Source: an uncultured Gemmatimonadales bacterium (GTDB taxonomy: Bacteria > Gemmatimonadota > Gemmatimonadetes > Longimicrobiales > Gaopeijiaceae). From it: a stretch of DNA of 64,000 nucleotides. The stretch spans positions 32,001 through 96,000 of the forward strand of contig CAWGKG010000021.1 of NCBI GenBank assembly GCA_963823035.1, written 5' to 3'. Made by a program: the position numbers and the translations under genes. Shown piece by piece: positions 33,619 to 44,387 of the stretch (positions are counted from its first letter, which is position 1; every line of letters begins with the position of its first letter). The notes under the pieces were generated by a model, which had not been told where the DNA came from, did not search any database, and saw only the letters and a program-made list of their open reading frames with translations.

Positions 33619-36436
33619 TCATCCTCCTCCTCCGGCGGCGGCCAGGATCTGGTCGGCTCTTTGTCGGGCTTCAGTCGACCATGGCGGTCGCGCGTTGGTC
33701 GGCCTCCTGCTCGATGCCCTTTGCCTTGTCCTCCGCCTCCTTGCGGATGCGGTCGGCTACGGGCTTGGCGGCGGTCTTCGCTATGGGGTTCTTCGCCTCG
33801 GCCAGGAGCTGGTCGGCGCGGCGGTTGCCCTCGGCGCGTACCTCGTCGGCGAGCTTCTTGGCCTCCGCGCGGATCTGCTCGGCGCGGCGTTCGGCGTCCG
33901 CGACGAGGCTGTCGGCGCGCGCCTGGGCGTCGCGTAGGGCACGGGCCCTCGCGGTGTCGACGCGGGCTTCCGCCGAGTCGACGCGCTCCCGCACGGCCTC
34001 TCCGGCGGCAGCCTTCACCTGGTCGCCGGCCGACGACACCACCCCGCCCAGGTCGGCCCGGACGGACGGGTCGGTGACGGTGCCGGCCAGCGCCACAGCA
34101 AGGTCGATCGAGTCGGCGGTCTGCAGGTCGACGCCGGCGCGTCCGGCCTTCGACACCAGGTCACGCACGACCTTCTCGGCGCCGGTGCCGAGGGCGGCGC
34201 GCGGCACGGCCAGCGAGAGTTGGTAGTCCAGCGACTGGTCCACGCCGTTCGAGCCGGCAACACCCATGCGGAAGTTGCCGACCTTCACCGTGAAGGGGCG
34301 GACGTGCAGCCGCCCGTCGCGGATCTCGATCGTGGAGCGGATGGCTGCGAAGGTCGGGTTGTTGAGCTGCGGCAGGCTGAGGACGCTCGCGATGCGGTCG
34401 AGCGGCGGGAAGTTCTCGAGCGTGAGCTTCGAAGTCAGGAGCGAGCCGTTCCCGTCGAGCGCGGAGAAGAGCGGCTTCATGTCGGCTCCGAGCGCTCCCC
34501 CGAGATCGAGACGCGAGGAGAAGGCCCCCCGCGCGAAGCGCGCCACCGGAGCCAGAGCGCGCACGGTGGCCAGCGCCTCCGCAGAGCGGGCGATGTCGAG
34601 GCTGTCCAGATTCAGGCTGACGCCGAAGGTCGGGCGGGTGGGCTCGGTGGTCTCGTAGAAGCCGTCGACGTCGATCGACCCGCCGAGCCCCCGCATCGTG
34701 AAGTGGTCCAGCGTCACCCGCTGGTCCTTCACGTGCAGGCTCCCGTGGGCGTCCGACATCTCCAACGCGTCGTACCGGAGTTGAGCGACCGTCGCCACGA
34801 GGGTGAGGTCCACGCCCGCCGGGACCGGGATCACCTCGAGCTCGCGATCCTTCGACTTCCATTCGCCCAGGTCGAAGAGCCGGCTGGTGAGCGTCGCCCG
34901 GCCACGCAGCTCCTCGTCGCGCAGCACGTAGCCGAGGAGGTTGTCGACGGAGCCCGTCGCGTCCAGGTCGCTGCTGCCGAGCTGCGCGCGCAGGGTTCGC
35001 AGCTCCGCCCGCTGCGGCGACAGGACGAGCATCCCTTCCTGGATGGTGATGGGTCGTGGGAGGGTGGAGGAGCGGATCGTGACGTCCTTCGCCGAGACGG
35101 TGCCGCTTGCCGCGACGCGGTCCCAGCGCGCCGCATCGACGTCCGACAGCCGCGCCCGGATCGCAGCGTCCGCCGCCACGGAGCCGCTCAGCTCCTCCAC
35201 CTTCTCCATCTTCACCGTGCGAGGCACGTCGGCCAGGTCGAGCGTGCCCTTCACGCGGAAGTCGACGTCGGGATCCGACACCGGGGTGCGCAGCGTCATC
35301 GACGCGTCCACCGGCTCGTCGCCGAACACCATGTGGAAGCGGTCGAGGCGCACCACCGTGCTGTCGACGTCGCCGCCGGGGTTGTCGATGGCGAGCGCGA
35401 GGGAGATGTCGCGAGCCGGAAGAGGCAGGTCCGGATAGCGGAACGTCCCGTCCGCCACCTCGGCGTTCAGCGCGAAGGAGGGGAACGTCCCCTCGCCGAG
35501 CCCTCCCTGGACCTTCCCGCGAACCGTGAAGGTCCCCGAGGTCTCGAGCGCCTGGAAGTCGTGGGCGTACACGGCCGGCACGAGCGACAGGATCTGCGCG
35601 AACTCGGTGCGCGGTGCCGCGAAGGTCACGTCGAGCGCGAGGTCGTCTCCGGAGGCGTCCGCCGTTCCCGAGAACTCGAGCGCCAGGTCGTTCAGGCGCA
35701 GCTCGTTGTCCCGGAAGGTGAAACGCCGGTTGGCCATGTCGGCCTCGATGGCGGCGTCGAAGTCGAGGGCGACCCGGTCCAGATAGGAAACGCCGGCGAA
35801 GCGCACGGTGGCGGTGTCGGCGTGCGTACGGCTCTGGGCGACGAGATGCTCCTTCGAGAAGTCACCGCTCAGCTCGTGGCGCAGACCCGCGATCGACGCG
35901 AACAGCCCCGTCTGCCGATTCTCGAAGAGCACGCTCCCGTCCTCGACCCCGAGGCCGCGCAACTGGACCGCGAGTGCCCGCGAGGACGGCGTCGTCTCCG
36001 ACGCGGGCTCGGCGCCGCTTCCGCGGGCGACGTCCCAGTTGGTGGCGCCGTCCTCGAGCACGATCAGGTGCAGGTCGGGCCGATCGAGTTGAACGGAGCG
36101 GACCCGCACGGGCGCGCCGCGCCGCCATGCACCGAACAAGCTGCCCAGGTCGAGCACGAGGCCGAAGCGGTCCATCGCGACGAGCGTGTCGGCAGCGAAG
36201 CGGTCCACGCCCACCACCGTGAGGTCGTCGAGGGAGAACGTCAGGTTCGGGAAGTCGCGCAGGAAGCTCAGCCCCACGCCGCTCCAGTCCACGTGGGCGT
36301 CCACCGCCGCGTCGATGGCCGTGTGGGCCCGCGCCACGATGCGATCCTTGAAGAGGAGGGGAAGCGCGAGAAGCACGACGAGCAGCAGGCCGAGGAGCGC
36401 GCCCGCGGCGATCAGGATCTTCTTGCCCAACGACAT
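33619..36436 (-). CDS. AsmA family protein; apparent stop at 33671 is probably a frameshift
   Basis: N-terminal TM anchor, FPNLT, ATNWDV, long beta-rich body, coiled-coil C-terminus continuing as EARQRADQILAAAGGGG* in a shifted frame. Confidence 0.85.
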
Positions 36437-36611
36437 GCTTCACCTCGATGGATGCGACCGCGCCTACCGGGGTTGCCGGCGGCCTTCCGACGCAAGAGCG
36501 GGGCCAGGTTCCCAGCCGGAGTCGGCGTGTCACGGCGGGAGTGAACGTTGTTCAATCTCGGGCCGCTCGGCTACGTCTGCGCGGTGTGGCTGCCGGAGGT
36601 ACCGAGGGCGC

Positions 36612-36682
36612 CTCCCCTCCGTGAGGTCGGCCGCCGTCCCCCCCGACATCGATCCCCGGCGGCCTCCCTCGACGGAGGGGAG
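36612..36682 (-). terminator. GC-rich stem-loop immediately after the serpin stop (terminator-like, no clear U tract)
   Basis: CTCCCCTCCGT (36612-36622) / ACGGAGGGGAG (36672-36682) plus inner GGCCGCCG/CGGCGGCC pairing. Confidence 0.5.
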
Positions 36683-36683
36683 T

Positions 36684-37961
36684 TCAGTGGCAGACGCCCT
36701 CGAACGGCTCCGGGCCCGGGTCCTCGGCCGTGGGATCCCCGATCATCCCGGCGAAGAGGATCGTCCCGGAGAGGCGCTCACGGATGGCGAACGCGAAGGG
36801 GTGATCCGCGACGAGCCCGAGGAAGGACGTCGCCCCGATGCCCACGCCCGTGACCGCGGCCGCGCGGGTCCCGCGCTCATCGACCTGGATGAACGTCTTC
36901 TGGCGCACGAAGTCGATGCAGAGTCGGTCGCCGACGGGCGACATGGCGGTGAAGTCGGCTCCCGGCGCGAAGGCTACCCCCATCCCCATCGCCTTCAGCG
37001 CGTCGTTCAGGTAGGCGTCGTAGTCCAGCGTGAACTTCGGGATGGAGACCAGGTCCACCTTCGTAGGGTTCAGCCCCGCGATGATCGCGTCCCACCCGTC
37101 GGCGTCGAGTCCCGAGAGGAAGGCGCGCGTTTCGGTCGTGAAGGCGTTCGGCACCACCACGAGCATCGAGAAGGCGCCGCCCCCGTACGGAAGCTCCACC
37201 GCCTGGTAGCCGGCGCCCCCGCCCAGCGGCAGCTCGACCCCGTCCAGGCTCATCATGTCGACCTGCACGGTGGAGCCGTCCTCGCGGGTGAACGTGGCCG
37301 GGTGCGTGTCGGCGGGGTCGAAGCGCGTGGTCCAGGAGCCCTCGAAGTAGATCGCGTTCAGGAGCAGCATCACCAGGTTGGGGTCCAGGCCGTCGACGAT
37401 GCCGTCGATCAAGCCGTCCGTGCTGTCCGATACCCATCCGTTGATCGCGGCCAGCGTGGCCGGCGAGGCGAAGTCGCTCGACTCGACCTTCGCGTCGAAG
37501 GCGGCGCGCACGGCCTGGAAGAAGGCGTCGTGGAACGGCACGTCCTGGTTCGCCCAGATCGCGTTGGCGATCGCGAAGCGGACCTCCGGGTCCAGGTCGG
37601 ACAGGAGGTCGATGAGGCCGCGGTAGGCCTGGTTGATCTCCGCCTGGGACAGGGAGCCGAAGCCGAGCGTGGAGCGCATGGCGTCGAACGTCGCGTTGGC
37701 GGCGCCGTTCATGGTCATCCCCAGCGCCATCGACGCGCTCAGGGGCGAGAGGATCACGTTCGGGCGCTCGTCCGTGTCGACCATGCGCGCGAGGAGCGCC
37801 AGACCGAAGGCGTTCGCGTCGCCGATGACCGTCACCTCGGCGGGCGAGAGGGCGCGCGGGAGCTCGGTGATCGGGTCTTCGCCGGGGCCCGTCGGCTCAC
37901 CGCCGCACGAAGCGAGCAGGAGCACGGCAGGGAGGAGGGTCCGGAGATCGATCGTCTTCAT
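36684..37961 (-). CDS. Serpin (serine protease inhibitor), lipoprotein
   Basis: Lipobox LLASC; NVILSPLS, LLNAIYFEGSW, IPKF, DERGTRAAAVT, DHPFAFAIRE. Confidence 0.93.
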   Translation of the reverse strand: MKTIDLRTLLPAVLLLASCGGEPTGPGEDPITELPRALSPAEVTVIGDANAFGLALLARMVDTDERPNVILSPLSASMALGMTMNGAANATFDAMRSTLGFGSLSQAEINQAYRGLIDLLSDLDPEVRFAIANAIWANQDVPFHDAFFQAVRAAFDAKVESSDFASPATLAAINGWVSDSTDGLIDGIVDGLDPNLVMLLLNAIYFEGSWTTRFDPADTHPATFTREDGSTVQVDMMSLDGVELPLGGGAGYQAVELPYGGGAFSMLVVVPNAFTTETRAFLSGLDADGWDAIIAGLNPTKVDLVSIPKFTLDYDAYLNDALKAMGMGVAFAPGADFTAMSPVGDRLCIDFVRQKTFIQVDERGTRAAAVTGVGIGATSFLGLVADHPFAFAIRERLSGTILFAGMIGDPTAEDPGPEPFEGVCH

Positions 37962-38116
37962 GTGCATCGGGCTTCGTCGGTTCGGAGGCGAGTCGTCCGT
38001 CCTACCCGGAAGGGAACGATCCGGGTGCACGCCACGTGACGAATTCCCTGGCAACATCCGGGCCGGACGGCGTATAGTCAGGGTCCGAAGACCTTCCCGC
38101 TGACAGGAGTAGTACC

Positions 38117-38827
38117 ATGAAACGGTCCCTCGCATCCACCGCGGCCGTCTCCGCGGTGGCCGCTCTCGCGCTGATGTGCGGCACCCATACGGCCCAGGCC
38201 CAGGAGACCGCGCGCAAGGTATCCAACGGGGGGATCATGGTGCCCGGGTGGATGGGCACGCTCGACCCCAACGACAGGGCCGGCGGTGAGATGCTCGAGC
38301 ACTCCCGGCTCACCAAGGAGGGAGACGCCCTCCACGTCACGACGGGTCCGGCGGTCGCGTACTGGAATCCGACGAGCACCGCCAGCGGCGCGTATACGGT
38401 GAGCGCGACGTTCACCGAGCCGCAGTACATGAACCTGAACGATCACCCGCACCCCTACGGGATCATGGTCGGCGGCAACGACATGGGGACGGACAAGCAG
38501 AGCTACCTGTACTGCGCGGCGTACGGCACGGGCGCCTTCATCGTACGCGGATTCGGACCCGAGCCGTTCCAGATGAACGGGCGGCGCGCCGAGATGAACG
38601 ACGCCGTGCACAAGGCCGCCGAGAAGGGCGCGTCCGTGACGCAGGAGATCGCCGTCACCGTGACGAGCGACGCGGTGAAGTGCTCGATCAACGGCACCGA
38701 GGTGGCGAGCTATCCGAAGTCGGAGGTGGTCGGCGCCGGCAAGCTCACGTCGACCGACGGCGTCTACGGCGTCCGCTTCGGGCACAACACCGAGGGCACG
38801 GTCACGGGCCTGACCGTCTCGCACTAG
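38117..38827 (+). CDS. Hypothetical secreted protein (beta-sandwich, DUF1080/ConA-like)
   Basis: AGGAG RBS, signal peptide AQA-Q, beta-rich sequence, HPHPYG motif. Confidence 0.7.
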   Translation: MKRSLASTAAVSAVAALALMCGTHTAQAQETARKVSNGGIMVPGWMGTLDPNDRAGGEMLEHSRLTKEGDALHVTTGPAVAYWNPTSTASGAYTVSATFTEPQYMNLNDHPHPYGIMVGGNDMGTDKQSYLYCAAYGTGAFIVRGFGPEPFQMNGRRAEMNDAVHKAAEKGASVTQEIAVTVTSDAVKCSINGTEVASYPKSEVVGAGKLTSTDGVYGVRFGHNTEGTVTGLTVSH

Positions 38828-38847
38828 GCGGTCGTCGAAGTCCATCG

Positions 38848-40188
38848 ATGCACCGTTCGCGCCGGCCACCCGCACGCCACCTCGTACGGGGGCTCGCGCC
38901 GCTCGTCCTGCTGATCGCGACGACCTCGCCGCGGCCGGCCGCGGCGCAGCGGGAGCCGGCGCGAACGGTGGCGCTGACGCACGTGACCGTCATCGACGGC
39001 ACGGGCGCGGCGGCGCTTCCCGATCGCACGATCCTCATCCGGGGTGACCGGATCGAGGCCGTGTTCCCGAGCGGCACGCGGTCCCTCCCCGACTCCGCCG
39101 AAGTGGAGGACCTGTCCGGGCGCTGGGTCATCCCCGGGCTGATCGACGCGCACGTGCACGTGACAGGCGGCCCCCGGAGCGCCGCCGACTACGAGGAGGA
39201 GCTCGGCTGGATGGTCCGCGGCGGCGTCACGGCCGTCCGGGACATGGCCGGTGACGCGCGCATCCTCGCCTGGCTCGCACGCGCCGCGGAGCTGGACGAG
39301 ATCGCCGCGCCCGACATCCGCTACAGCGCCCTGATGGCCGGCCCGACCTTCTTCGCCGAGGACGCGCGCGTGGCCGGGGCGGCGGAGGGGCTCATGGTCG
39401 GCGCGGCGCCGTGGATGCGCGCGGTGACCGGCGCCACCGACGTCCGGATGGCGGTTGCCGAGGCACGCGGGACGGGCGCCTCCGCCCTCAAGCTGTACGC
39501 CAACCTCCCGGCGAGCCTGCTCGACGAGCTGGTGGCCGAGGCGCACCGGGAGGGCCTCCTCGCCTGGGCGCACGCCACGGTCTTCCCGGCGCGGCCGAGC
39601 GAGGTGGTGGCGGCGGGCGCGGACGTCCTGTCGCACACGGCCTACCTCGTGTGGGAGGCGGCCGGGCGCGTGCCGCAGGATTACTCCGTCCGGGCCATGG
39701 GGGACTTCGAGCACACCCGGCCGGACGATCCCCGCATCCTGGCCGTGCTGGACTCCATGAAGGCGCGCGGCACGATCCTCGACGCCACGCTGTGGGTGTT
39801 CGAGCGGAGCGAGGGCCGGAACCCCGACGGCGTCGGCGCCGGGATCGCGGAGTGGGGCGCGGCGGTGACGCGCATCGCCCACGAGCGCGGCGTGCTGGTG
39901 GACGCGGGAACGGACGGGATGGGGAGCCCGGCCGACACCGTCCCCAACGTGCACCGCGAGATGGCGTCGCTGGTGGCGCACGCGGGCTTCACGCCGTTGG
40001 AGGCGATCGGGGCGGCCACCCGCGTGGCCGCGATGGCCTTGGGGATCGAGGCCACGCACGGCACGGTGTCACCCGGCAAGATGGCCGACCTCGTCGTCCT
40101 CTCCGCCGACCCGGGCCGCGACGTCGTGAACACGCGCTCGATCGTGCGCGTGTTCAAGCACGGACGGGCGTACGAGCCGGGAGGATGA
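38848..40188 (+). CDS. Secreted amidohydrolase family protein
   Basis: VIPGLIDAHVH, GVTAVRD, AHA, SH, AGTD, GKMADLVVL. Confidence 0.9.
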   Translation: MHRSRRPPARHLVRGLAPLVLLIATTSPRPAAAQREPARTVALTHVTVIDGTGAAALPDRTILIRGDRIEAVFPSGTRSLPDSAEVEDLSGRWVIPGLIDAHVHVTGGPRSAADYEEELGWMVRGGVTAVRDMAGDARILAWLARAAELDEIAAPDIRYSALMAGPTFFAEDARVAGAAEGLMVGAAPWMRAVTGATDVRMAVAEARGTGASALKLYANLPASLLDELVAEAHREGLLAWAHATVFPARPSEVVAAGADVLSHTAYLVWEAAGRVPQDYSVRAMGDFEHTRPDDPRILAVLDSMKARGTILDATLWVFERSEGRNPDGVGAGIAEWGAAVTRIAHERGVLVDAGTDGMGSPADTVPNVHREMASLVAHAGFTPLEAIGAATRVAAMALGIEATHGTVSPGKMADLVVLSADPGRDVVNTRSIVRVFKHGRAYEPGG

Positions 40189-40217
40189 GCGCCGAGCTCC
40201 GCGGCGACGTCGATCGA

Positions 40218-40968
40218 CTAGCTGGGATCCTCCCCGAGCGAAGCGTAGTAGCCGGCGATCCGCTGCTTCACTCCGGCGCGCGTGTACACGTCCTCGCGCC
40301 CCGAGTCGATGACCTGCGCGATGACCTCCGCCACCTCATGCGCCGTCTGACCCTCCGGGAAGTCCCGTGAGTCGGGGCCGCCGTGGCGCGCGCTCAGCCC
40401 GAAGTCCGTGTAGACCACGCCGGGTGACACGAGGGAGATCGTGATGCCCGGGTCGGTCTGCTCGAGCTCGGCGCGGAAGCACGTCGGTGAGCGCGTTCAT
40501 GTAGTGCTTGGCGCCGCAGTACGCGGAGCGGATCGTCGCGAACGGGACGCGCCCCAGCAGCGACGACACGTTCACCACCTGCCCGTCTCCGCGCTCCCGG
40601 AAGTGCGGCAGCACCTCCTGCATGCCGTAGAGGACGGACTTGACGTTCACGTCCATCATCTCGTCGACGTCCTCTTCGGTGAGCTGCGTGGGCATCCTGC
40701 TGATGCCCCGGCCGGCGTTGTTCACCCAGGCGTCGATGCGACCGAAGCGCGCGATCGCCTCCGAGACCGCCCGGCGGACGTCGACCCGCTTCGTCACGTC
40801 CGCCTGGACGACGAGCGCTTCCGAGCCACAGCGCTCGGCCACCTCAGCGAGCTTGTCCGCGCGGCGGGCGACGAGCACGACGGCGTCGCCGCGTCCGGCC
40901 AGGATCTCCGCGAGCGTGGCGCCGATACCGCTGCTCGCACCCGTGATCACCACCACCTTCTTCGCCAA
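40218..40968 (-). CDS. Short-chain dehydrogenase/reductase; frameshift near 40480
   Basis: TGASSGIG, NNAG, YCGAK; C-terminal SPGVVYTDF in ORF 40218..40430. Confidence 0.88.
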
Positions 40969-41068
40969 GGGAGGGCCCCCTTCCTCCGGGTTCTCGTGCC
41001 CGACGCACGGACGTGCGCCGGCGAGCCCGACGGTAGGGTCGGCCGCCGGCCGCCGCCAGCACGGGCTG

Positions 41069-42101
41069 CTAGCCGGAGACCTTCCCGCGCATCCCCCGGT
41101 AGATGAAGACGGTGTACGCCGCCACCAGCATCATCCCCGGAATCCACCAGAAGAGGGCGATGCGCATCCCGTGCACGGGCCCTGCCGCGTTGGCGATGGT
41201 GAGGGAGGCCGCCGTGTCGCCGCTCGAGGGGAGGACCATCGGGTAGAGCCCGAACGATACGGAGAGCAGCATCCCCACGAGGAAGGCGACGGATCCCAGG
41301 AAGGCGCCGAGCTCCCGGCCGCGGCGGCGCATCGCGAAGCTGGTGCCCAGCCCGGCCAGCGCGAGCAGCGGGAAGACGTAGCCGAGCGGCAGGGTCGCGC
41401 AGCCGCTCGGGCACGTGCGGCTGGACGCGGAACGTGAAGACGGTGAGGAGCGCCACGGCGGCCAGGACGAGCGGCCAGCTCCACGCGGCCACCGTGTTGG
41501 CGCGCGCTCGCACGGGATCGTGCGTCTTGAGCGCCACCCACAGAGCGCCGTGGTGCGCGAGCGCGAGCGCGCTGGTCACCCCCACCGTCACGGTGAACCA
41601 GTCCAGGATGCCCGTGCGCGGCCCGCTGGGTGGTGAAGTCGGTCCACAGCGGCGAGAAGAACCAGCCCTCGGCGTCCAGCGACACGCCCCGCACGACGTT
41701 GCCGAGCGCGGCGCCCAGGAAGACGGTCAGGAGGAGGCTCGCCGCGCAGAACGTCACGTCCCAGAAGGGACGCCAGACGGGGCTGTCCACGTGGCCGCGA
41801 AGCTCGATCGCCACCGCCCGGAGGATCAGCAGCCAGAGGACGGTCATGAGCGGGAGGTAGAACCCGCTGAAGCTCGAGGCGTACAGGCGCGGGAAGGCCA
41901 GCACCAGCGAGCCGCCGGCCGTGAGCAGCCAGACCTCGTTGGCGTCCCACACCGGCCCGATGCTGCGCAGCACCGCGCGGCGCTCGCCGATCCGTGCGTG
42001 CCACCAGCGGGATAGATCGCGCCGGCCCCAAGGTCGAATCCGTCCAGCACGACGTACATGGTGAGGAGCGCGGCAACCAGCCAGAACCAGAGCGTCGCCA
42101 T
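41069..42101 (-). CDS. cydB: Cytochrome bd oxidase subunit II; several frameshifts
   Basis: MYVVLDGFDLGAG, SIGPVWDANEVWL, FPRLYAS, LTIANAA fragments in successive frames. Confidence 0.9.
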
Positions 42102-42103
42102 GG

Positions 42104-43483
42104 TCACACCTCCTCGGGATGGCTGGCGTGGACGTGGGTCGGCCCGGCGGCGATCTCCCTCTGGGCCAGGAAGAGGAAGAGGATGCCGAGCACGAGGTAC
42201 ATCCCCATGAATCCGATGAGGGAGAAGAGGGTGTTGCCCGCCTGCACGTTGGGCGAGGAGCCCACCGCGGTGCGCATCACACCCCAGACGACCCAGGGCT
42301 GCCGGCCGAGCTCCGCGGTCATCCACCCCGTCGTGTTGGCGATGAAGGGGAAGGGTGCGGCCAGCATGAGCATCCACAGCGCGGGGCGGGTCGTGGACAG
42401 CTTCCCGCGCCAGAGGAGGAAGCCGGCGATGGCCATCACCGCGATGAAGATCGTGCCGAGCCCCACCATGATGTGGTAGGCGTAGTAGAGGAGCGGCACG
42501 TTGTCGGGCCAGTCCTCGCGCGGGAAGGAGGTGAGCCCCTCGACCCGCGCGTTCCAACGCCGGTAGGTCAGGAAGCTCAACACCCCGGGCACCTCGAGCG
42601 GGTTGTCCAGCTGGAGCGTCGTCATGTCCGGCTGACCGATCAGCACCAGCCCGGCCGGCTCGCCGGTCTCGAAGAGCCCCTCCATCGCGGCGAACGTCGG
42701 CGGCTGCCAGCGTGGCCACCGCGCCCGCCTGCTTGTCGCCGGTGGGAAGCGCCATGAGCACGGCCGCGATCAGCCCGGTCGGCACGGCCACGCGCAGGAA
42801 CAGCCGTCCGTAGACGGCGTCCTCCCGGGACGTGGCCCCGTCGCCAGAGGGGTCGGCGACCAGGAGGTAATACGCGCCTACCGCGGCCACCGTGAACGAT
42901 CCGGTCACCACGGCGCCGACCATCGTATGCGCATACTGCCAGACGAGCCACGGATTGCCGAGGAGGGCACCGAGGCTCTCGATGGCCATGCGTCCGTCGG
43001 CGTCCGACGGTGTGGCCGACGGGGTGCTGCATCCACGCGTTCGTGGCGACGATGAAGAAGCCGGAGATCCACGATCCCAGCCACACGGCGACGGCGGCCC
43101 CGAAGTGCGCACGCCGGCCCGAGGCGGTCGCGACCGAACAGGAAGAGCGCGAGGAAGGACGACTCCAGGAAGAACGCGAACACGCCTTCCATGGCCAGCG
43201 TCTGGCCGATCACCCCGCCCGTGGTGTCGGAGAAGCGGGCCCAGTTCGTGCCGAACTGGAACTCCATGGGGATCCCCGTGACCACGCCCATGAGGAAGGA
43301 GAGGCCGAAGATGCGCGCCCAGAAGAGGGCGGCGCGGTCCCAGCGCTCGTCGCCCGTGCGCAGGCCGATCCCCTGAAGGAGGACGATGAGCAGTCCGAGC
43401 CCCATCGTGAGCTGCGGGAAGAGGTAGTGATAGGACGCCGTGAAGGCGAAGTGGAATCGATGGTAGAGGAGTGCCTGGTCCAT
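42104..43483 (-). CDS. cydA: Cytochrome bd oxidase subunit I; several frameshifts
   Basis: RFHFAFTASYHYLFPQLTMGL, GIPMEFQFGTNW, FFLES, NAWMQHP, GWMTAELGRQPW. Confidence 0.92.
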
Positions 43484-43697
43484 GACGCGCCGCTTTCCTG
43501 GGTAGGAAGCAGGTGGACGCGGGGCCCGCCTGGGGCAGGCACCGTCGGGCGAAATATCCCGGAAGATAACCGGGACCCCGCGGACGATCCCCCCTCCCCC
43601 TCCCCGGGGGGTTCGCCATGCGGCGACCCGGGGGGCGCGCGTCGACGCCTCCGTCACGGGTGGGTGGCGTCAGCCGGATCCAAGAACCGGAGCACCC

Positions 43698-44347
43698 GTG
43701 CCCGACGCCCCCGATACGCCCAGGACCCGCCTCGTCCGCGTCACCTGCCGGGGGGGTTCCCGCCTCCGCTCGCGATCGCGCCGTGGAGCTCCTGACGCGC
43801 GGCTTCTCCGACGATCGTCTGTCGGAGACCGAGCTGGAGGCGATGCTCGATCGCGTCTACGCGGCGCGCACGATGGCCGAGCTCGCGCTCGTGACGTCGC
43901 GCGCTGACGCCGGAGGAGCCGTCGCCGGCCGAGGACCTCCACGGGGAACGCCGATGGCCGTCCGCTCCGACTCGGCCGGCGCGCTGGCCCGGCAGAGGCG
44001 GATCTCCGCCTTCCTCTCGGGGCAGAGCCTAAGCCTCACGGGCGCGGTGCCCGAGGAGCTCGAGGTGCGGTCGCGCCTCGGGTCACGTCGAGCTGGACCT
44101 CACCGGACGCCACCTTCCGGCCCGGCGTGACAGTCATCGAAGTGCGCGCGGTGATGGGCTACGTGGAGATCCGCCTCCCCCCGGACGTGCAGCGTGGAGA
44201 GCGAGGGGCGTGCCTTCATGGGCTACTTCGCCATGAGGGGCGCCGGCCCAGCCGTCCGACTCGGTCGTGCGCATCACCGGGCGGGCGGTCATGGGTTACG
44301 TCGAGTGCTTCGTCGCCAGGCGGGAGCGGGACGAGCCTACGCGCTGA
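43698..44347 (+). CDS. DUF1707 (SHOCT-like) domain protein with LiaF-like beta-repeat C-terminus; frameshifted
   Basis: RDRAVELLTRGFSDDRLSETELEAMLDRVYAART; repeated (A)VMGYVE motifs in successive frames. Confidence 0.7.
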
Positions 44348-44387
44348 CCCCTTTCCTCCGGCCGGTCCTTGTCGCACCATCCTTCAC

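Noticed and set aside
33671..33673. In-frame TGA in asmA as possible selenocysteine or readthrough
   Set aside because: The protein-like continuation is in a shifted frame, not the same frame, so this is an indel.
36542..36554. TGAAC-GTT-GTTCA palindrome upstream of asmA as a LexA box
   Set aside because: The spacing is N3 rather than GAAC-N4-GTTC, it is a single short occurrence, and there is no SOS gene context.
41069..44347. cydAB and DUF1707 as genuine pseudogenes
   Set aside because: Only indels are present, motifs are intact, and the same error pattern occurs throughout the window.
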